Shown: piece by piece, positions 1 to 10,389 of the stretch
Layout of the letters: the number at the start of each line of letters is the position of its first letter
How positions within the stretch are numbered: position 1 is the stretch's first letter
Source: an uncultured virus (IMG/VR IMGVR_UViG_3300021399_000104)
Lineage: Duplodnaviria > Heunggongvirae > Uroviricota > Caudoviricetes
IMG/VR virus record: IMGVR_UViG_3300021399_000104
DNA length: 64,000 bases
Strand: one strand, 5' to 3'
The notes under the pieces: generated by a model
Told to the model about the DNA's origin: nothing
Databases searched by the model: none
Seen by the model: only the letters and a program-made list of their open reading frames with translations
Position numbers and translations under genes: made by a program

Positions 1-104
1 AATGCAGTATAACCAGAATTAGATTTTCCCGATACTTCTGTAAAAAATCTAATCTTTATGTCTATCTCCGCAACTACAGCAGCTTTATCTATTAAGTGTT
101 TCAT
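1..104 (-). CDS. Partial phage accessory protein (MKHLIDK family), runs off window edge
   Basis: ATG at 104, reads MKHLIDKAAVVAEID; paralogue of 106..594. Confidence 0.6.
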   Translation of the reverse strand, partial: MKHLIDKAAVVAEIDIKIRFFTEVSGKSNSGYTA

Positions 105-105
105 A

Positions 106-594
106 TTATTCTCCTTTCTGTACTTTTAATCCAAGCTCTAATCTCAGTTTGGCAATCTCTTTTACATCTTCAATATCTTCTTTTAGATGTTTCTCCAAGT
201 TTATTTCTTTCACTTCAGCATTTTCTTTGTAACGTGGGTCTCTTGCAAGTTCAACTCCTGTCTCACCACCACTAATACAAGCTTGTTCTAGTTCCTTTCT
301 CCATAATGTTTGCTGTTCTTTTGTAAGTTGATTAAACAACAAACTTTCTATGTTAAAAGAATAGGTTTCAGCATGTGCTTGAATGCCAGCTTTAACAGAA
401 TCATATTGAATGCACTGTTCATAAGGATCATCCATTACTTCAAGGGAGTCAATGGAGTTCTCTAATTCGCATAAAGTATCGTAAGCTAAACCATTCGTTT
501 CGCTGTTTTCAAGATAGCCGTTTCTGTCACAAAAACTATTTTTATAACTCTCTATCTCCGCAATTACTTTGTCTTTGTCTATTAAATGTTTCAT
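106..594 (-). CDS. Phage hypothetical protein (MKHLIDKDKVIAEIE family)
   Basis: 162-aa ORF in tightly packed minus-strand operon. Confidence 0.75.
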   Translation of the reverse strand: MKHLIDKDKVIAEIESYKNSFCDRNGYLENSETNGLAYDTLCELENSIDSLEVMDDPYEQCIQYDSVKAGIQAHAETYSFNIESLLFNQLTKEQQTLWRKELEQACISGGETGVELARDPRYKENAEVKEINLEKHLKEDIEDVKEIAKLRLELGLKVQKGE

Positions 595-600
595 AATTTG

Positions 601-846
601 TTACCAGATAAAAATTCCTCCATAAATCACCCAAGCTAAAAGAATAGTTTTGAAGTGTTTAAGCTTGTACCACTTAAAATACCCTTTTATATAGTATTTA
701 ATTCTACTTTGCCAACGTTTAAAATCACATAGTTTTCCAGTAGATGGTTTACTATAAGTAACTGTTATTGACGTTGAATATAGGTAGATTTTCCAAGTAA
801 TGTAGCACAATGACCCTACAATCATTAGTATAAGATGCCATTTCAT
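601..846 (-). CDS. Small membrane protein
   Basis: Likely start MKWHLILMIV; hydrophobic at both ends. Confidence 0.55.
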   Translation of the reverse strand: MKWHLILMIVGSLCYITWKIYLYSTSITVTYSKPSTGKLCDFKRWQSRIKYYIKGYFKWYKLKHFKTILLAWVIYGGIFIW

Positions 847-854
847 AGTTACTC

Positions 855-1046
855 TTATTTTGGTTCGTCTATATAAGTCCAATAAAGAACATCTTCCCAA
901 TTTACCCTATCTTCCCATCCAATGTCTGAGTAGTAGCAGCATAAATCGTATAACCAGATGCCATCTTCCATGTTTTTATTTCTACAAGCAGTAAGAACTT
1001 GTTCACCACTATTAGGGAACTTTATTTTTGTACTAATCCAATTCAT
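855..1046 (-). CDS. DUF551-like small phage protein
   Basis: MNWIS..K.P..GEQVL...V.YW pattern. Confidence 0.6.
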   Translation of the reverse strand: MNWISTKIKFPNSGEQVLTACRNKNMEDGIWLYDLCCYYSDIGWEDRVNWEDVLYWTYIDEPK

Positions 1047-1402
1047 CCTCCCATGTATTTTTTGAAGTCTTTAAGAAAATTCTCCATATCTTTGCCTTCC
1101 ATGTTGATTTCATTAAGCTGGAGATATAACCACTCACTTGCTTTTTCAATTAACTTGTCCTGCTTATAGTTCAGATATTTCTCAGCATCCTTCATTGTCT
1201 CATCAAACGAAGGGAGATTTCCATTTAAGTCAACCGGATAACCTTTCTTTTCGGATAGATACTTTGCAATTCTCTTTTCATCAGGGTTTTCGTCCGCCCA
1301 TTCAGCACACATACAACATAAGTCTGCAGTGCTTTTATAATCATTTCGTGGGTCATTACAAAGTTCTGATGCCTTTTTCCTTATTTCTTCTATTCGTGTC
1401 AT
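1043..1402 (-). CDS. Phage hypothetical protein
   Basis: Shares IEKA..WL motif with 1405..1656. Confidence 0.7.
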   Translation of the reverse strand: MTRIEEIRKKASELCNDPRNDYKSTADLCCMCAEWADENPDEKRIAKYLSEKKGYPVDLNGNLPSFDETMKDAEKYLNYKQDKLIEKASEWLYLQLNEINMEGKDMENFLKDFKKYMGG

Positions 1403-1404
1403 AA

Positions 1405-1656
1405 TTATTCTCCTTTCATATAGTTTATGAATTTCTCAAATGCTTGGTTGAATTGAATATTAACAGGTCCACCAGCTAAAACGGAAACATCTTTAATAAA
1501 ACGTTCCTCTAGATATTTTTTAGCTTTCTCAATAAAGGCATCGGTGCGAGTGTATTCAATGTCATTTACGCCTATCCACGCACTATTCCATGTATTACGT
1601 ATTTTATCGTCTTTAACATGAACATAAATCCTCTCTGGTGCTTCATTTGCTTTCAT
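1405..1656 (-). CDS. Phage hypothetical protein (APERIY family)
   Basis: 83-aa ORF, ATGA-coupled. Confidence 0.7.
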   Translation of the reverse strand: MKANEAPERIYVHVKDDKIRNTWNSAWIGVNDIEYTRTDAFIEKAKKYLEERFIKDVSVLAGGPVNIQFNQAFEKFINYMKGE

Positions 1657-2057
1657 TTTTTGATGTCAGTATTTATTTTTCTGAATCTAACAACATTGTA
1701 AAGCTTCTTTTCAGGATAGTATACAGAACTAACTTCCTCTACTTTATATGCTCTGAAAGGAACATAAAACAATACGACTTCGTTAGGTCTAGCAAACAGA
1801 TCTCTTCCATCCTCTCTCATTTCAATCTTATCGCCCCACACTTTAATGGTATCTTTTCCTCCATCAGTAAATATAACTTCATATATGCATGGATTGGAAT
1901 TTTTTATTTCAACACTCTTTTTAAAAATTTCTTGTTCTTTCCTCTCTTCTTCACAAATCTTTTTAAAGCATGAAACAAACGAAGTTACTATAAAAATACC
2001 AAGGACTAAGGAAAATATAAAATAAGCACTTAACTTGATAATGCATTTAGTTTTCAT
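1653..2057 (-). CDS. Membrane-anchored hypothetical protein
   Basis: N-terminal hydrophobic helix. Confidence 0.65.
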   Translation of the reverse strand: MKTKCIIKLSAYFIFSLVLGIFIVTSFVSCFKKICEEERKEQEIFKKSVEIKNSNPCIYEVIFTDGGKDTIKVWGDKIEMREDGRDLFARPNEVVLFYVPFRAYKVEEVSSVYYPEKKLYNVVRFRKINTDIKK

Positions 2058-2058
2058 A

Positions 2059-2610
2059 TTATAATTTCTTTTTTAAATCTTGATATAATGATGTTAATAT
2101 TGAACCATCTTTATTATTTTGGTCTGCATATATGGATAGCACTCTCATCTGTTCATCACTAGGCTTCCAAGTATTCTGAGGTTGAACTTTGCCTTTAAGT
2201 GATCCTAACCAAGTTGACCATCTTGTAAAATCATCTTGTGAATTGACAACAGTACTACCTTGGCTACATTTTATGCAAAAGTCTATCAGCTCTTTTCCTA
2301 TCTTCTCATCCTCTTCACTCCAAGTAGGTTTTTGTTCAATTTTCTTCAACTCTTCATCTTCTTTAGAGTAAACGCACTTATAGTCTTTCACATCTCCATC
2401 ATTCCACCAAGCCTCACCCCATTTATTGTGATGATCAGGGAGTTTATAGGGCTTATCTGCTTCAAATTCCAAGATGACTGTCCTGTTTGCCTTTATAGCC
2501 CATGCCATAGCCGCTGTTAGATTATTAAATCCTCTAACCGGTGCTAATATACAGCCCGTTTCTCTATATTTTTTGGCTTTTCTTGGCGTTGTCACATGAT
2601 ATAGTTTCAT
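2059..2610 (-). CDS. Mosaic protein: YHxT N-terminal domain plus WSEEDE and WKPSDEQ modules
   Basis: Motifs shared with 2564..4819. Confidence 0.7.
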   Translation of the reverse strand: MKLYHVTTPRKAKKYRETGCILAPVRGFNNLTAAMAWAIKANRTVILEFEADKPYKLPDHHNKWGEAWWNDGDVKDYKCVYSKEDEELKKIEQKPTWSEEDEKIGKELIDFCIKCSQGSTVVNSQDDFTRWSTWLGSLKGKVQPQNTWKPSDEQMRVLSIYADQNNKDGSILTSLYQDLKKKL

Positions 2611-4819
2611 AATCTTTTAATTTTTTCAGTTCATTGTATAAGGCATTAAGATAGTCAAAAGAGTTATGTGAGACTTGGCTATATTGAAGAGTTGAGTCTA
2701 AAGCATTCATCTGTTCATCACTAGGTTTCCATGTGTTCTGAAATTGGAGAGATTTAAGCCAAGTTTTAAGTTGTTCGATCTGTTGCATTCTCTCCCTACG
2801 TAAATCTAAAGAAACTATTGCGTCATGATGAATGTAGTTAATGAGAGTATCGAGCCATCCAAGTAGTCTTTCAACCCTCTTCTCATCCTCTTCACTCCAA
2901 TTAGACTTCTGCTCACCTTTCTTTTCAAGCCAAGAAATACACTCTGTATAAAATGGGTCTTTTATAAAATAAGAATAGTTATTAAAAAGATTTCTTAAAA
3001 GGTTTATAAGTTCTTTTCTTATCCTTTCATCCTCTTCGCTCGGCTGCCAAGTATATTTATCTTTAAGTGATTTGAGCCAGGAATGACATCTTTGTTTGTC
3101 TAGGTCATTGTCGTTGCCATAATAGAGTTCAATAACTGCTATTAGTTTATTTATTATCTTCTCATCCTCTTCACTCCAAGCAGGTGTTTGAGGAATTAAA
3201 GACTGTAAGTATGCTGAATGTTTTTTTACTTCTTCTGTTGTAGCATCGTTGTCACCTATAGCATCCCTATAATCATTCATCATGTCTTTTACTGCTTCCT
3301 CAAACTTTGTCAGTTCAGGTTCTTCAATTTTCTTCAGCTCTTTCTTTTCAAAGTCAAATTCCCATCCCGCCTCAGCCATTGCTTTAAGCAGAGCGTCACA
3401 TTGTTCTTTTGTTGCTGGCTGAACTTCCTTATGTGTCCACCAATAATTATTTCTACGTCTACTGATGCAAAAATTTCCTACAGCGTCATTTCCTCCATAT
3501 GCTGCGACAGGCGCATCTGGAAGGTTAGGATCAGGACAATTTTTGTATATAAATGGACGTTTATTATCTACCGTAACAAGCACATCACCGTCTTTAGCAT
3601 CTTTAAGGGTCCACAAACGGTAATTCTGTACTTCATCAAAATTTACCAATGCTATTTCTCCATTGTGTGATAAATAATAACATTTAGTTTGTGGATATAA
3701 TACGGAATCAACGTAATATACTAGGTTAGATGTTTCGCTTATTATCCAATCTCCTTTATGGAATTTCGGCTCATCCATATCACTTGGCTTCCGCTCTACT
3801 AATTCCCAATCATATTCACTGTTAAAGTCGCAGATAAACAAATCATTAGACCAATATCCTCTTTTGTCTATCTTGGTAATAGTTAAAGATTCTTCATTTT
3901 CAGTTCTTACTTCATCACCAACTTTGAACTTTTTTAATTTTTTCAGTTCTTTCTTTTTAAAATCAAAGGTATAATAGGCCTCACTCATTGCTTTCATCAG
4001 ACCTTCCCGTTGATATTTGGTTGCTGGTTGAACTTCCCTATCCGTCCACCAATTGTTAGTATCTTTTCCGCTACAGAAAAAACATCCATCGGCATCAATT
4101 CCCCCATATGCGACGGGTGAATCTGGATGGTTAGAATCAAGACAGCCTTTAAATATAAATGGGCGTTGACTATCTACCGTAACAAGCACATCACCGTCTT
4201 TAGCATCTTTAAGAGTCCATCCACGTGCATCCTTCAACAAACTTACATCAAACCTATATTCGTCACCCTTAGTATCAACAAGAGTAACATTAAAACCATC
4301 TATCTTTACTATAAGATACACTTGTTTTTCTGTTGCTACAATCCACTGACCAACCTCGAAATTAAAAAGTTTATCAGCAGTATCATCTTCAAGTGCTATT
4401 TTACTTTGTGGCTTTTTAAGTCTATGCAAATCCTGAATTAAAGTTCCCAAGACTCCTTCATAATAGTTACCTCTTTCAGTATCAGAGCAGCTATTATAGG
4501 CGTAGTCCAAAGCTTCAAATTGCTCATCACTAGGTTTCCAAGAGTATGGTTTTGCTTCACTCTGTTTTTCCAGCCAATCGATAGCCTTATAGATCATATT
4601 ATTTAAAGTAGCATTATCACCTATCTTAATTTGAAGTTGCGCAATAAGCCACTTTCTTATCTTCTCATCCTCACTCTCTTTGAACTCGGGGAAGATGGCC
4701 TCAAAAATCTCTTGACGTGTAACCTTTTCTGTTGCTGGGGTTTGCTTAATATAATCAAGTCCCCTTCTAATAGCCTCGTCGTATTTTCTTGCTTTTTCTT
4801 CAATTGATAATTCTTTCAT
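2564..4819 (-). CDS. Large modular repeat protein (WSEEDE / WKPS / WTLKDAKDGDVL modules)
   Basis: 751 aa; internal duplicated domains visible at DNA level. Confidence 0.8.
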   Translation of the reverse strand: MKELSIEEKARKYDEAIRRGLDYIKQTPATEKVTRQEIFEAIFPEFKESEDEKIRKWLIAQLQIKIGDNATLNNMIYKAIDWLEKQSEAKPYSWKPSDEQFEALDYAYNSCSDTERGNYYEGVLGTLIQDLHRLKKPQSKIALEDDTADKLFNFEVGQWIVATEKQVYLIVKIDGFNVTLVDTKGDEYRFDVSLLKDARGWTLKDAKDGDVLVTVDSQRPFIFKGCLDSNHPDSPVAYGGIDADGCFFCSGKDTNNWWTDREVQPATKYQREGLMKAMSEAYYTFDFKKKELKKLKKFKVGDEVRTENEESLTITKIDKRGYWSNDLFICDFNSEYDWELVERKPSDMDEPKFHKGDWIISETSNLVYYVDSVLYPQTKCYYLSHNGEIALVNFDEVQNYRLWTLKDAKDGDVLVTVDNKRPFIYKNCPDPNLPDAPVAAYGGNDAVGNFCISRRRNNYWWTHKEVQPATKEQCDALLKAMAEAGWEFDFEKKELKKIEEPELTKFEEAVKDMMNDYRDAIGDNDATTEEVKKHSAYLQSLIPQTPAWSEEDEKIINKLIAVIELYYGNDNDLDKQRCHSWLKSLKDKYTWQPSEEDERIRKELINLLRNLFNNYSYFIKDPFYTECISWLEKKGEQKSNWSEEDEKRVERLLGWLDTLINYIHHDAIVSLDLRRERMQQIEQLKTWLKSLQFQNTWKPSDEQMNALDSTLQYSQVSHNSFDYLNALYNELKKLKDYETISCDNAKKSQKI

Positions 4820-5085
4820 ATTTTCTTCTTTTTATTTTTGTTAAAACAAACATAGTTATTACCACAAGCATACCCACTACCCCAGAAAACTACATATTTG
4901 CAATCATAGCAATCTTTATTGATAGTGTTTCTTTGTCCGTAGTCCATAATTACAATATTTAACTTCTTGTGATTTTATTTCCATATTTATCTTCTTCGTC
5001 TTTAATGAAAAAGATATAACTGAAAAGAGAATCATTGTTTTCTATAAAGTAACTTAAATCGTATTCCGTTATTTTAGCTTCAGTA

Positions 5086-5200
5086 ATAGTTACAAATTTC
5101 ATAGAAAATTTTAGAAATTGCTTTCCACGTCATGAATAACGCGAGGGTGAACTACAACACCCGAGACACCATTTGCAAAAGCATTTGGCTTACATTTTCT
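5086..5200 (-). ncRNA. omega RNA (reRNA) scaffold overlapping tnpB 3' end
   Basis: Expected position at right end; conserved in stand-alone copy at 57436-57550. Confidence 0.7.
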
Positions 5201-6346
5201 GAGGATATTATAAGAACCATTTACATCGGCATTAATCTGTGTACCAGTGGAAGAAATAAATAGGCCTCTCTTCACCCGGTTTCCCAGGTAGGTGTCATGC
5301 TTTCCAATCTCCTCCTGATCAAGAAAACTACACTTACTGGTATATTCTTCACTGGTTATCTCCATATTAATACCCGCCAAATCACATTTATACTGAAGCA
5401 TCTGAATGAACCGGTAAAATGGAATTAAGCAAAAGTTCTGATTATTAACCTTACCCAACTTAGTGTCTTGTTTCCATCCCTTATTATTACCAACAATGAG
5501 TGTGTTGATATTTTCGGAAACTAAGTGATTCACTATTTGTCGGGTTGCTTTGTGGAAGTAATCAGATACCCGATTGGTTCTTTCTCTATTAATCCGACCA
5601 GTCCTCCGGCTTGTTTTCCATTCACTGTCTTTTAGGTAAGATTGAGCTTTAGCCATCCTCTTACTGTACTGGTGATTAATAGATTTTACTTTCTTCCCTG
5701 AGATAGCAACTGGTGTATGACCAGGCACATTACTGGTTAGAGTGGCCAAGTTATTGACCCCTAAATCAATGGCGGCATATCTGTTGTTATCTGGTTTCTT
5801 AGGTACATCTGGAACAGTATAGACAATCTCGACAGCCAGGTAACCATGTCTCGGAATTATCCTAACTTGATTAAGGTTATTGGATGTCACTCTTCCCTTC
5901 CTAAGCTTAATTTTAATATCTTCCTTCTCTAATTTCACATACCCCTTCCTTAGCCACGGTTTACTTATGGCTATGTTAGTGTAGATAACCGGAAATCGTC
6001 CATCCTTCTCTAGGTAGTGTGGAATCTTAGGCTTTCCTTTATACTTTCCTGGATTAACCTTGTAATCTTGGTTAGCAGCAAAGAAAGACTTAAAATTTTG
6101 ATCGAGTACCCGAAGAGTCTGCTGTGATGTCTTGGCAGGTAGAGCTCGATAGTCCACTTGTTCAGAGTCTTGAAATTTTTTCTGAAGGTCGATGTAGCTA
6201 AGGTACTTTCCAGAATTAAAGAATTCCTGTCTTACCTGATATAAGGCAGCATTATACAGATTCTTGGAAAGTCCACAGAGGGTATACAATCTTTGATAAA
6301 GCTTCCCATTACCCTCCTTTACAATCATATTTTCGACTAGCTGCAT
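5111..6346 (-). CDS. tnpB: TnpB RNA-guided nuclease
   Basis: LYNAAL, AIDLGVNN (RuvC-I), SEEYTSKC, INADVNG (RuvC-III). Confidence 0.95.
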   Translation of the reverse strand: MQLVENMIVKEGNGKLYQRLYTLCGLSKNLYNAALYQVRQEFFNSGKYLSYIDLQKKFQDSEQVDYRALPAKTSQQTLRVLDQNFKSFFAANQDYKVNPGKYKGKPKIPHYLEKDGRFPVIYTNIAISKPWLRKGYVKLEKEDIKIKLRKGRVTSNNLNQVRIIPRHGYLAVEIVYTVPDVPKKPDNNRYAAIDLGVNNLATLTSNVPGHTPVAISGKKVKSINHQYSKRMAKAQSYLKDSEWKTSRRTGRINRERTNRVSDYFHKATRQIVNHLVSENINTLIVGNNKGWKQDTKLGKVNNQNFCLIPFYRFIQMLQYKCDLAGINMEITSEEYTSKCSFLDQEEIGKHDTYLGNRVKRGLFISSTGTQINADVNGSYNILRKCKPNAFANGVSGVVVHPRVIHDVESNF

Positions 6347-6899
6347 CTTTTATTATCCTTTCTGTCAATCTCTTGGATCGACGTTTACCATAGAGACGAG
6401 CACAGAATGATGTAATTATAGAAACGAAATCCTGCATTAAATCTTCTTTCTCACCTTCTACGTTATTTACCACTTCTATTGATCGATTATTAAGCTGTAA
6501 GAGCTTCTGAATGTAGTTTAGACCAAACCGAGCTAACCTATCCTTATGCTCAACAACAATAACGTCAATATCAGTGTTTAAGAGGAGAGATTCCAGTTTC
6601 TTTCGTTCATCATTTAAACCAGAACCCACCTCTTTCACTACCTTTGCCACCTTATATCCCTTTGCATTACAGTAGGAGATGAGACGTTCTGCCTGTGAAT
6701 CTAAGTTAGCCTTATTCTCCGAACTGGATACTCTGGCATAGATAGCATAGGTTTTTTCTTTCTCTTTTACTTCATCGGTAATCCAAATATGACCTGTTGC
6801 GTCTGTCTCATATTTGACCTTACCTGATTTAACCCAATTCCAGACAGTCCTATAGTGTACTCCCTGAATCTTAGCATACTTTGATATCTTATACTTCAT
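6309..6899 (-). CDS. tnpA: IS607 TnpA serine recombinase
   Basis: N-terminal HTH, YARVSS catalytic motif, EVGSGLN, DRLARFG, LYGKR. Confidence 0.95.
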   Translation of the reverse strand: MKYKISKYAKIQGVHYRTVWNWVKSGKVKYETDATGHIWITDEVKEKEKTYAIYARVSSSENKANLDSQAERLISYCNAKGYKVAKVVKEVGSGLNDERKKLESLLLNTDIDVIVVEHKDRLARFGLNYIQKLLQLNNRSIEVVNNVEGEKEDLMQDFVSIITSFCARLYGKRRSKRLTERIIKDAASRKYDCKGG

Positions 6900-7089
6900 A
6901 GTTTTTAGTATTTTCACTAATAAGGTATATAAAACCTAATAAACGCAAAATATACCATTTCATAGCTGTTTTTCTATAATTTATCTAATAAATTGAATAT
7001 AATCAGTTAAATTTTAAGATACTCCAATGGTTGTCAAATTCACCTGTTGGATCGTCTATATAAATCTTCTTCGGTGTTTCCATATTATT

Positions 7090-8007
7090 TTACTTTATTT
7101 CCCAAGTTGAAATTTTATAGTAACCGTATTTCTTTAAGAGTTTCGCATACTTCGGGTGGATGAGGTACATATAGTCTTGATGTAGCCTATAAATAAAAGC
7201 ATCATTACCCGAAATATTCATAGCTTCCGCAAGACATTTGGCTTTTTCTTGCTCATCATCAATCTTATCAGCATGTTTAAAATGTCTCCTAGAATTACTC
7301 TCTAAGAACGACCAAGTATCCCAAAACCAACTGCCTACAATGCAAAACTCATTCCTGAAATTTTTATCTTTCTTCAAGAACCCCAAAGTCACACTTGTTG
7401 ATGTCACTTCTCCAAAATCATTAGCTGAATAGTGAAGATCTAGTTTCAGCCTAATGAGATTAAGGGTGAGCCATGCAGGAAGAAGAATACAATCTCTTAA
7501 TCCTGTTTTATAGATAGAGGTTTGGGACTGGCATTCAAAAGTATTCAATGCGTTTTTATGTTCATGCTTATAATCCTCATGAAACCAAACATCAATGGCA
7601 CGTTTGTTTACGATAGATTGTTTTGATAGTTCGTATAATTCTTGCCAATAGTCGCTTGTATAAGAACCGCCCCTTTCAAATCCACCGTTCCATGAATGAA
7701 GTACACCAAATTCACAGCCAGGCATCTTATTTGAGCCGACAAGTAAATATTGGTGATTGAAAATTCCTTTGGCACTACAAACATACTCATCTTTCAATGT
7801 CGGTGTACCATTAGGATCAGAGACATGTTCAGACAAGGTTTCCATTCTTTTTAGCTGGCCTGACTTGATAAGAGGAGAGCCACAATAAGGGCAGAACATA
7901 GTATCCTTGTATTTCTCAGGATCACTATTGTATAAATCCTTTGCTTTCTTTAACGCGTGTTCTTGTAATGGTGTGCGCTTTGGTTGTAGATTAAAAGGCA
8001 ATTTCAT
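7090..8007 (-). CDS. Hypothetical protein with CPYC zinc-ribbon motif
   Basis: 305-aa ORF. Confidence 0.75.
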   Translation of the reverse strand: MKLPFNLQPKRTPLQEHALKKAKDLYNSDPEKYKDTMFCPYCGSPLIKSGQLKRMETLSEHVSDPNGTPTLKDEYVCSAKGIFNHQYLLVGSNKMPGCEFGVLHSWNGGFERGGSYTSDYWQELYELSKQSIVNKRAIDVWFHEDYKHEHKNALNTFECQSQTSIYKTGLRDCILLPAWLTLNLIRLKLDLHYSANDFGEVTSTSVTLGFLKKDKNFRNEFCIVGSWFWDTWSFLESNSRRHFKHADKIDDEQEKAKCLAEAMNISGNDAFIYRLHQDYMYLIHPKYAKLLKKYGYYKISTWEIK

Positions 8008-8009
8008 AG

Positions 8010-8240
8010 TTATTTTAATTTAAATAGTCTATGTTTTTCAATTTCAGGATCGGCTTTATATCCTCTGTCTTCTTGGGATTTAAAGCACCACCACTCACAA
8101 ATTTGCCAAGCTATAGATCCCTCCTTTGGTTGGAACTTATTGAACTTTCTTTTAGTAAGGCCGTAATTCCATCTATCGGAAAATGCTGCTTTCTTAATCT
8201 TTCTTGGTAATTTTGGTTTTCGCATAATGTAATCTATCAT
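8010..8240 (-). CDS. Small basic phage protein (LPRKIKK motif)
   Basis: 76-aa ORF. Confidence 0.6.
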   Translation of the reverse strand: MIDYIMRKPKLPRKIKKAAFSDRWNYGLTKRKFNKFQPKEGSIAWQICEWWCFKSQEDRGYKADPEIEKHRLFKLK

Positions 8241-8261
8241 ATAATCTGTTTTCTTCAGTTA

Positions 8262-8516
8262 TTATATTTTTTTTTGCAGTTTTATTTCATTTTTAAGGGA
8301 ATTAACCTGAAATTTTTTACTATTGAGTTTTCTGACATTACATCTAAAATCTGAGTCTGTAGCATAACATCTTCCCTGCCTCCTTGCGGACGAGATATTA
8401 TTTTTCAACTCTCTAATATCACGTTCTATCTCAGTTAGTCTTTTTCTCGTGGCACGTAATTTAGAATAAGCTAATGAAATATTTTTTCTACAGTTTTTAA
8501 ATCTAATCAGTTTCAT
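8262..8516 (-). CDS. Basic coiled-coil hypothetical protein
   Basis: Probable ATG start MKLIRFK. Confidence 0.55.
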   Translation of the reverse strand: MKLIRFKNCRKNISLAYSKLRATRKRLTEIERDIRELKNNISSARRQGRCYATDSDFRCNVRKLNSKKFQVNSLKNEIKLQKKI

Positions 8517-8919
8517 CGTACTCACTCTCGAAGAAGTCAATATCTGCCATTTCTGGTGTTATCTTCTTTACCCTCACGCTATTGTATTTATATTTTTTAG
8601 CTTGAGTTACGGCCTCCAATGGACTTTCAAACACCATAGCTAGGAAAGATGAAGGAGACCACCACATTTTCTTAGTCAGTTTTCTATTGACAAGATAAAG
8701 ATTGTTTATGACACGTTTTTTCTTACGCGGCTTTTGAACAATCACGTACTTACCGATGTCTGACTTTTTAAAACAGTGTGATTTGGCTAGGACGTAATCT
8801 CTTTTATCTTCTTGTGATAATGGTTCAGTAATTTCCTCTCCATCATAAATGTCAGATAATGCTTCCGCTTCTGATATATAATCTGTCATTTCTTCATAAT
8901 TTATTTTAATTTTTCTCAT
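8503..8919 (-). CDS. Hypothetical protein
   Basis: 138-aa ORF directly after promoter motif near 8921-8932. Confidence 0.7.
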   Translation of the reverse strand: MRKIKINYEEMTDYISEAEALSDIYDGEEITEPLSQEDKRDYVLAKSHCFKKSDIGKYVIVQKPRKKKRVINNLYLVNRKLTKKMWWSPSSFLAMVFESPLEAVTQAKKYKYNSVRVKKITPEMADIDFFESEYDETD

Positions 8920-8942
8920 TTCATTTATAAGGGATTTGTCTG

Positions 8943-8986
8943 AAAAAAAAAAGAAAAAGAGGGATCATTTAAGTCCCCCTTCTCTT
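8943..8986. terminator. Intrinsic terminator
   Basis: Imperfect hairpin AAAGAGGGAT...TCCCCCTTCTCTTT with long A-tract. Confidence 0.6.
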
Positions 8987-10093
8987 TTATTTTATTATTT
9001 TATAAACTTCTTCTTGGATTAATGTTGCTTCTTCAATCTTATCTCCATCTTCAAACACATAGATCCAGTCATAATCTCCTTCTATGACTTCTATAATTTT
9101 TCCAAAGATATGTTCTCCTTCACGATCACTATAGAATTCATAGGTAGCCAACACATCACCAACTTTCCATCTTGGTTTTGCTCCTTGATGATAAATTGTT
9201 TCAAAGTGTCCGTGTTCTGGAATTTCAGAGTGTTCATGTTCAGAAGTTTTATCTCCAAGCTCTTTAGTTTCTAGAGAGTCAATGAAGGAAAGCATATCAT
9301 CACATAACACGATTGGAGAAGATTGAATTTCTCTCAATCTTTTAAGTTCTGCTATTACAACATCTTTCTCAATATATAATTTTATCTTCTTTCGTTTATA
9401 TATTTCAATTATTTGTTTTATTATTTCTCCTCCGTAAGCATCTTTACAAATGTCCAAAAATTCCATTGGAGTATATTCTGCATCAATATCAATGTTGTTA
9501 TCTTTGCAGAATTGCTTACGTCCCATTTTACAAGAGCCAGTTAGAATATAATGCCATTCGAAGAACTCCCTACCAGAATGTTTTTTATTCTCGTCTGGAT
9601 AATTTTGAAGGAACCCGTTAATCCTTTCTTCTACTGGCATTTTCTGAATAGCTTTCTTATGTACGGCTTCAACTGCTTTTTGCAAGGTTTCTCCATGAGC
9701 AAAGCAACTATATTCTTTGGCAATGAAACAAGGAGAAAGCGTTAGATCTCGGTTAACTATTGCTCCTTCAGCATAGTTACCATGAACACTATAGATGATT
9801 GTATTAATGCCATCTATATAATATACCTGATGTTCATCATACTTCTTTATGTCTTTATTACCTGACTCAAAGAAACTCCGATCATTTCCCCATCCATTAC
9901 CCGTGCCATCAAAGCAGCCATCACCAGAGCCATCACCCTTGCCAAAGTAACCATCACCCTCTGAGCCATAACAACCATTTTCTAGCTCCATCATAAAATC
10001 ACTACAGCCCTCACTGGAGCCATAGCCAGGGCTATTACTACCACAGCCATAGCCATAGTTTTTTGATAGGAATATTTTAATTATATCTTCCAT
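8987..10093 (-). CDS. GxG-repeat phage protein with extra C-terminal domains
   Basis: GDGSGDG-type repeats, FAHGETL, WHYILTGSC.MGR. Confidence 0.8.
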   Translation of the reverse strand: MEDIIKIFLSKNYGYGCGSNSPGYGSSEGCSDFMMELENGCYGSEGDGYFGKGDGSGDGCFDGTGNGWGNDRSFFESGNKDIKKYDEHQVYYIDGINTIIYSVHGNYAEGAIVNRDLTLSPCFIAKEYSCFAHGETLQKAVEAVHKKAIQKMPVEERINGFLQNYPDENKKHSGREFFEWHYILTGSCKMGRKQFCKDNNIDIDAEYTPMEFLDICKDAYGGEIIKQIIEIYKRKKIKLYIEKDVVIAELKRLREIQSSPIVLCDDMLSFIDSLETKELGDKTSEHEHSEIPEHGHFETIYHQGAKPRWKVGDVLATYEFYSDREGEHIFGKIIEVIEGDYDWIYVFEDGDKIEEATLIQEEVYKIIK

Positions 10094-10383
10094 ATTGCTA
10101 CACTTTCAATAGATTTAATAGCCTTCTCTGTGCATGGAGTTATTTCTATTACATCTATTACCTGCATGGATGGCACATACAATGTAAATTTACAATCTTT
10201 AGGTTTTTTCGTTCCTTCAACGGCCAACTGAGAGAGTGAGCAAGCACCTTCCCAATACCACAATCTTCTGCAATCGTGAATTTCTGCTGTTTTTGTTTGG
10301 TCGTCAAATTCAGCGAGAGTACCATAAAAAGCTCCTGCATAAGCGCAACGAATAATCACTTTCTTGTTAATTGGATAATTCAT
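10081..10383 (-). CDS. Small phage protein usually paired with GxG-repeat proteins (DUF6948-like)
   Basis: VIIR...AG.FYG, RRLWYWEGACSLSQLA. Confidence 0.7.
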   Translation of the reverse strand: MNYPINKKVIIRCAYAGAFYGTLAEFDDQTKTAEIHDCRRLWYWEGACSLSQLAVEGTKKPKDCKFTLYVPSMQVIDVIEITPCTEKAIKSIESVAIWKI

Positions 10384-10389
10384 AATTCT

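Larger units (their letters stand above)
5086..7021 (-). mobile_element. IS607-family insertion sequence
   Basis: tnpA serine recombinase + tnpB; both junctions share TAT on the minus strand; removal restores host ORF. Confidence 0.92.
4959..7083 (-). pseudogene. ~63-aa gene interrupted by IS607
   Basis: Joining 7083-7019 to 5085-4959 restores METPKKIYIDDPTGEFDNHWS-ITEAKITEY...TRS* in frame. Confidence 0.7.
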
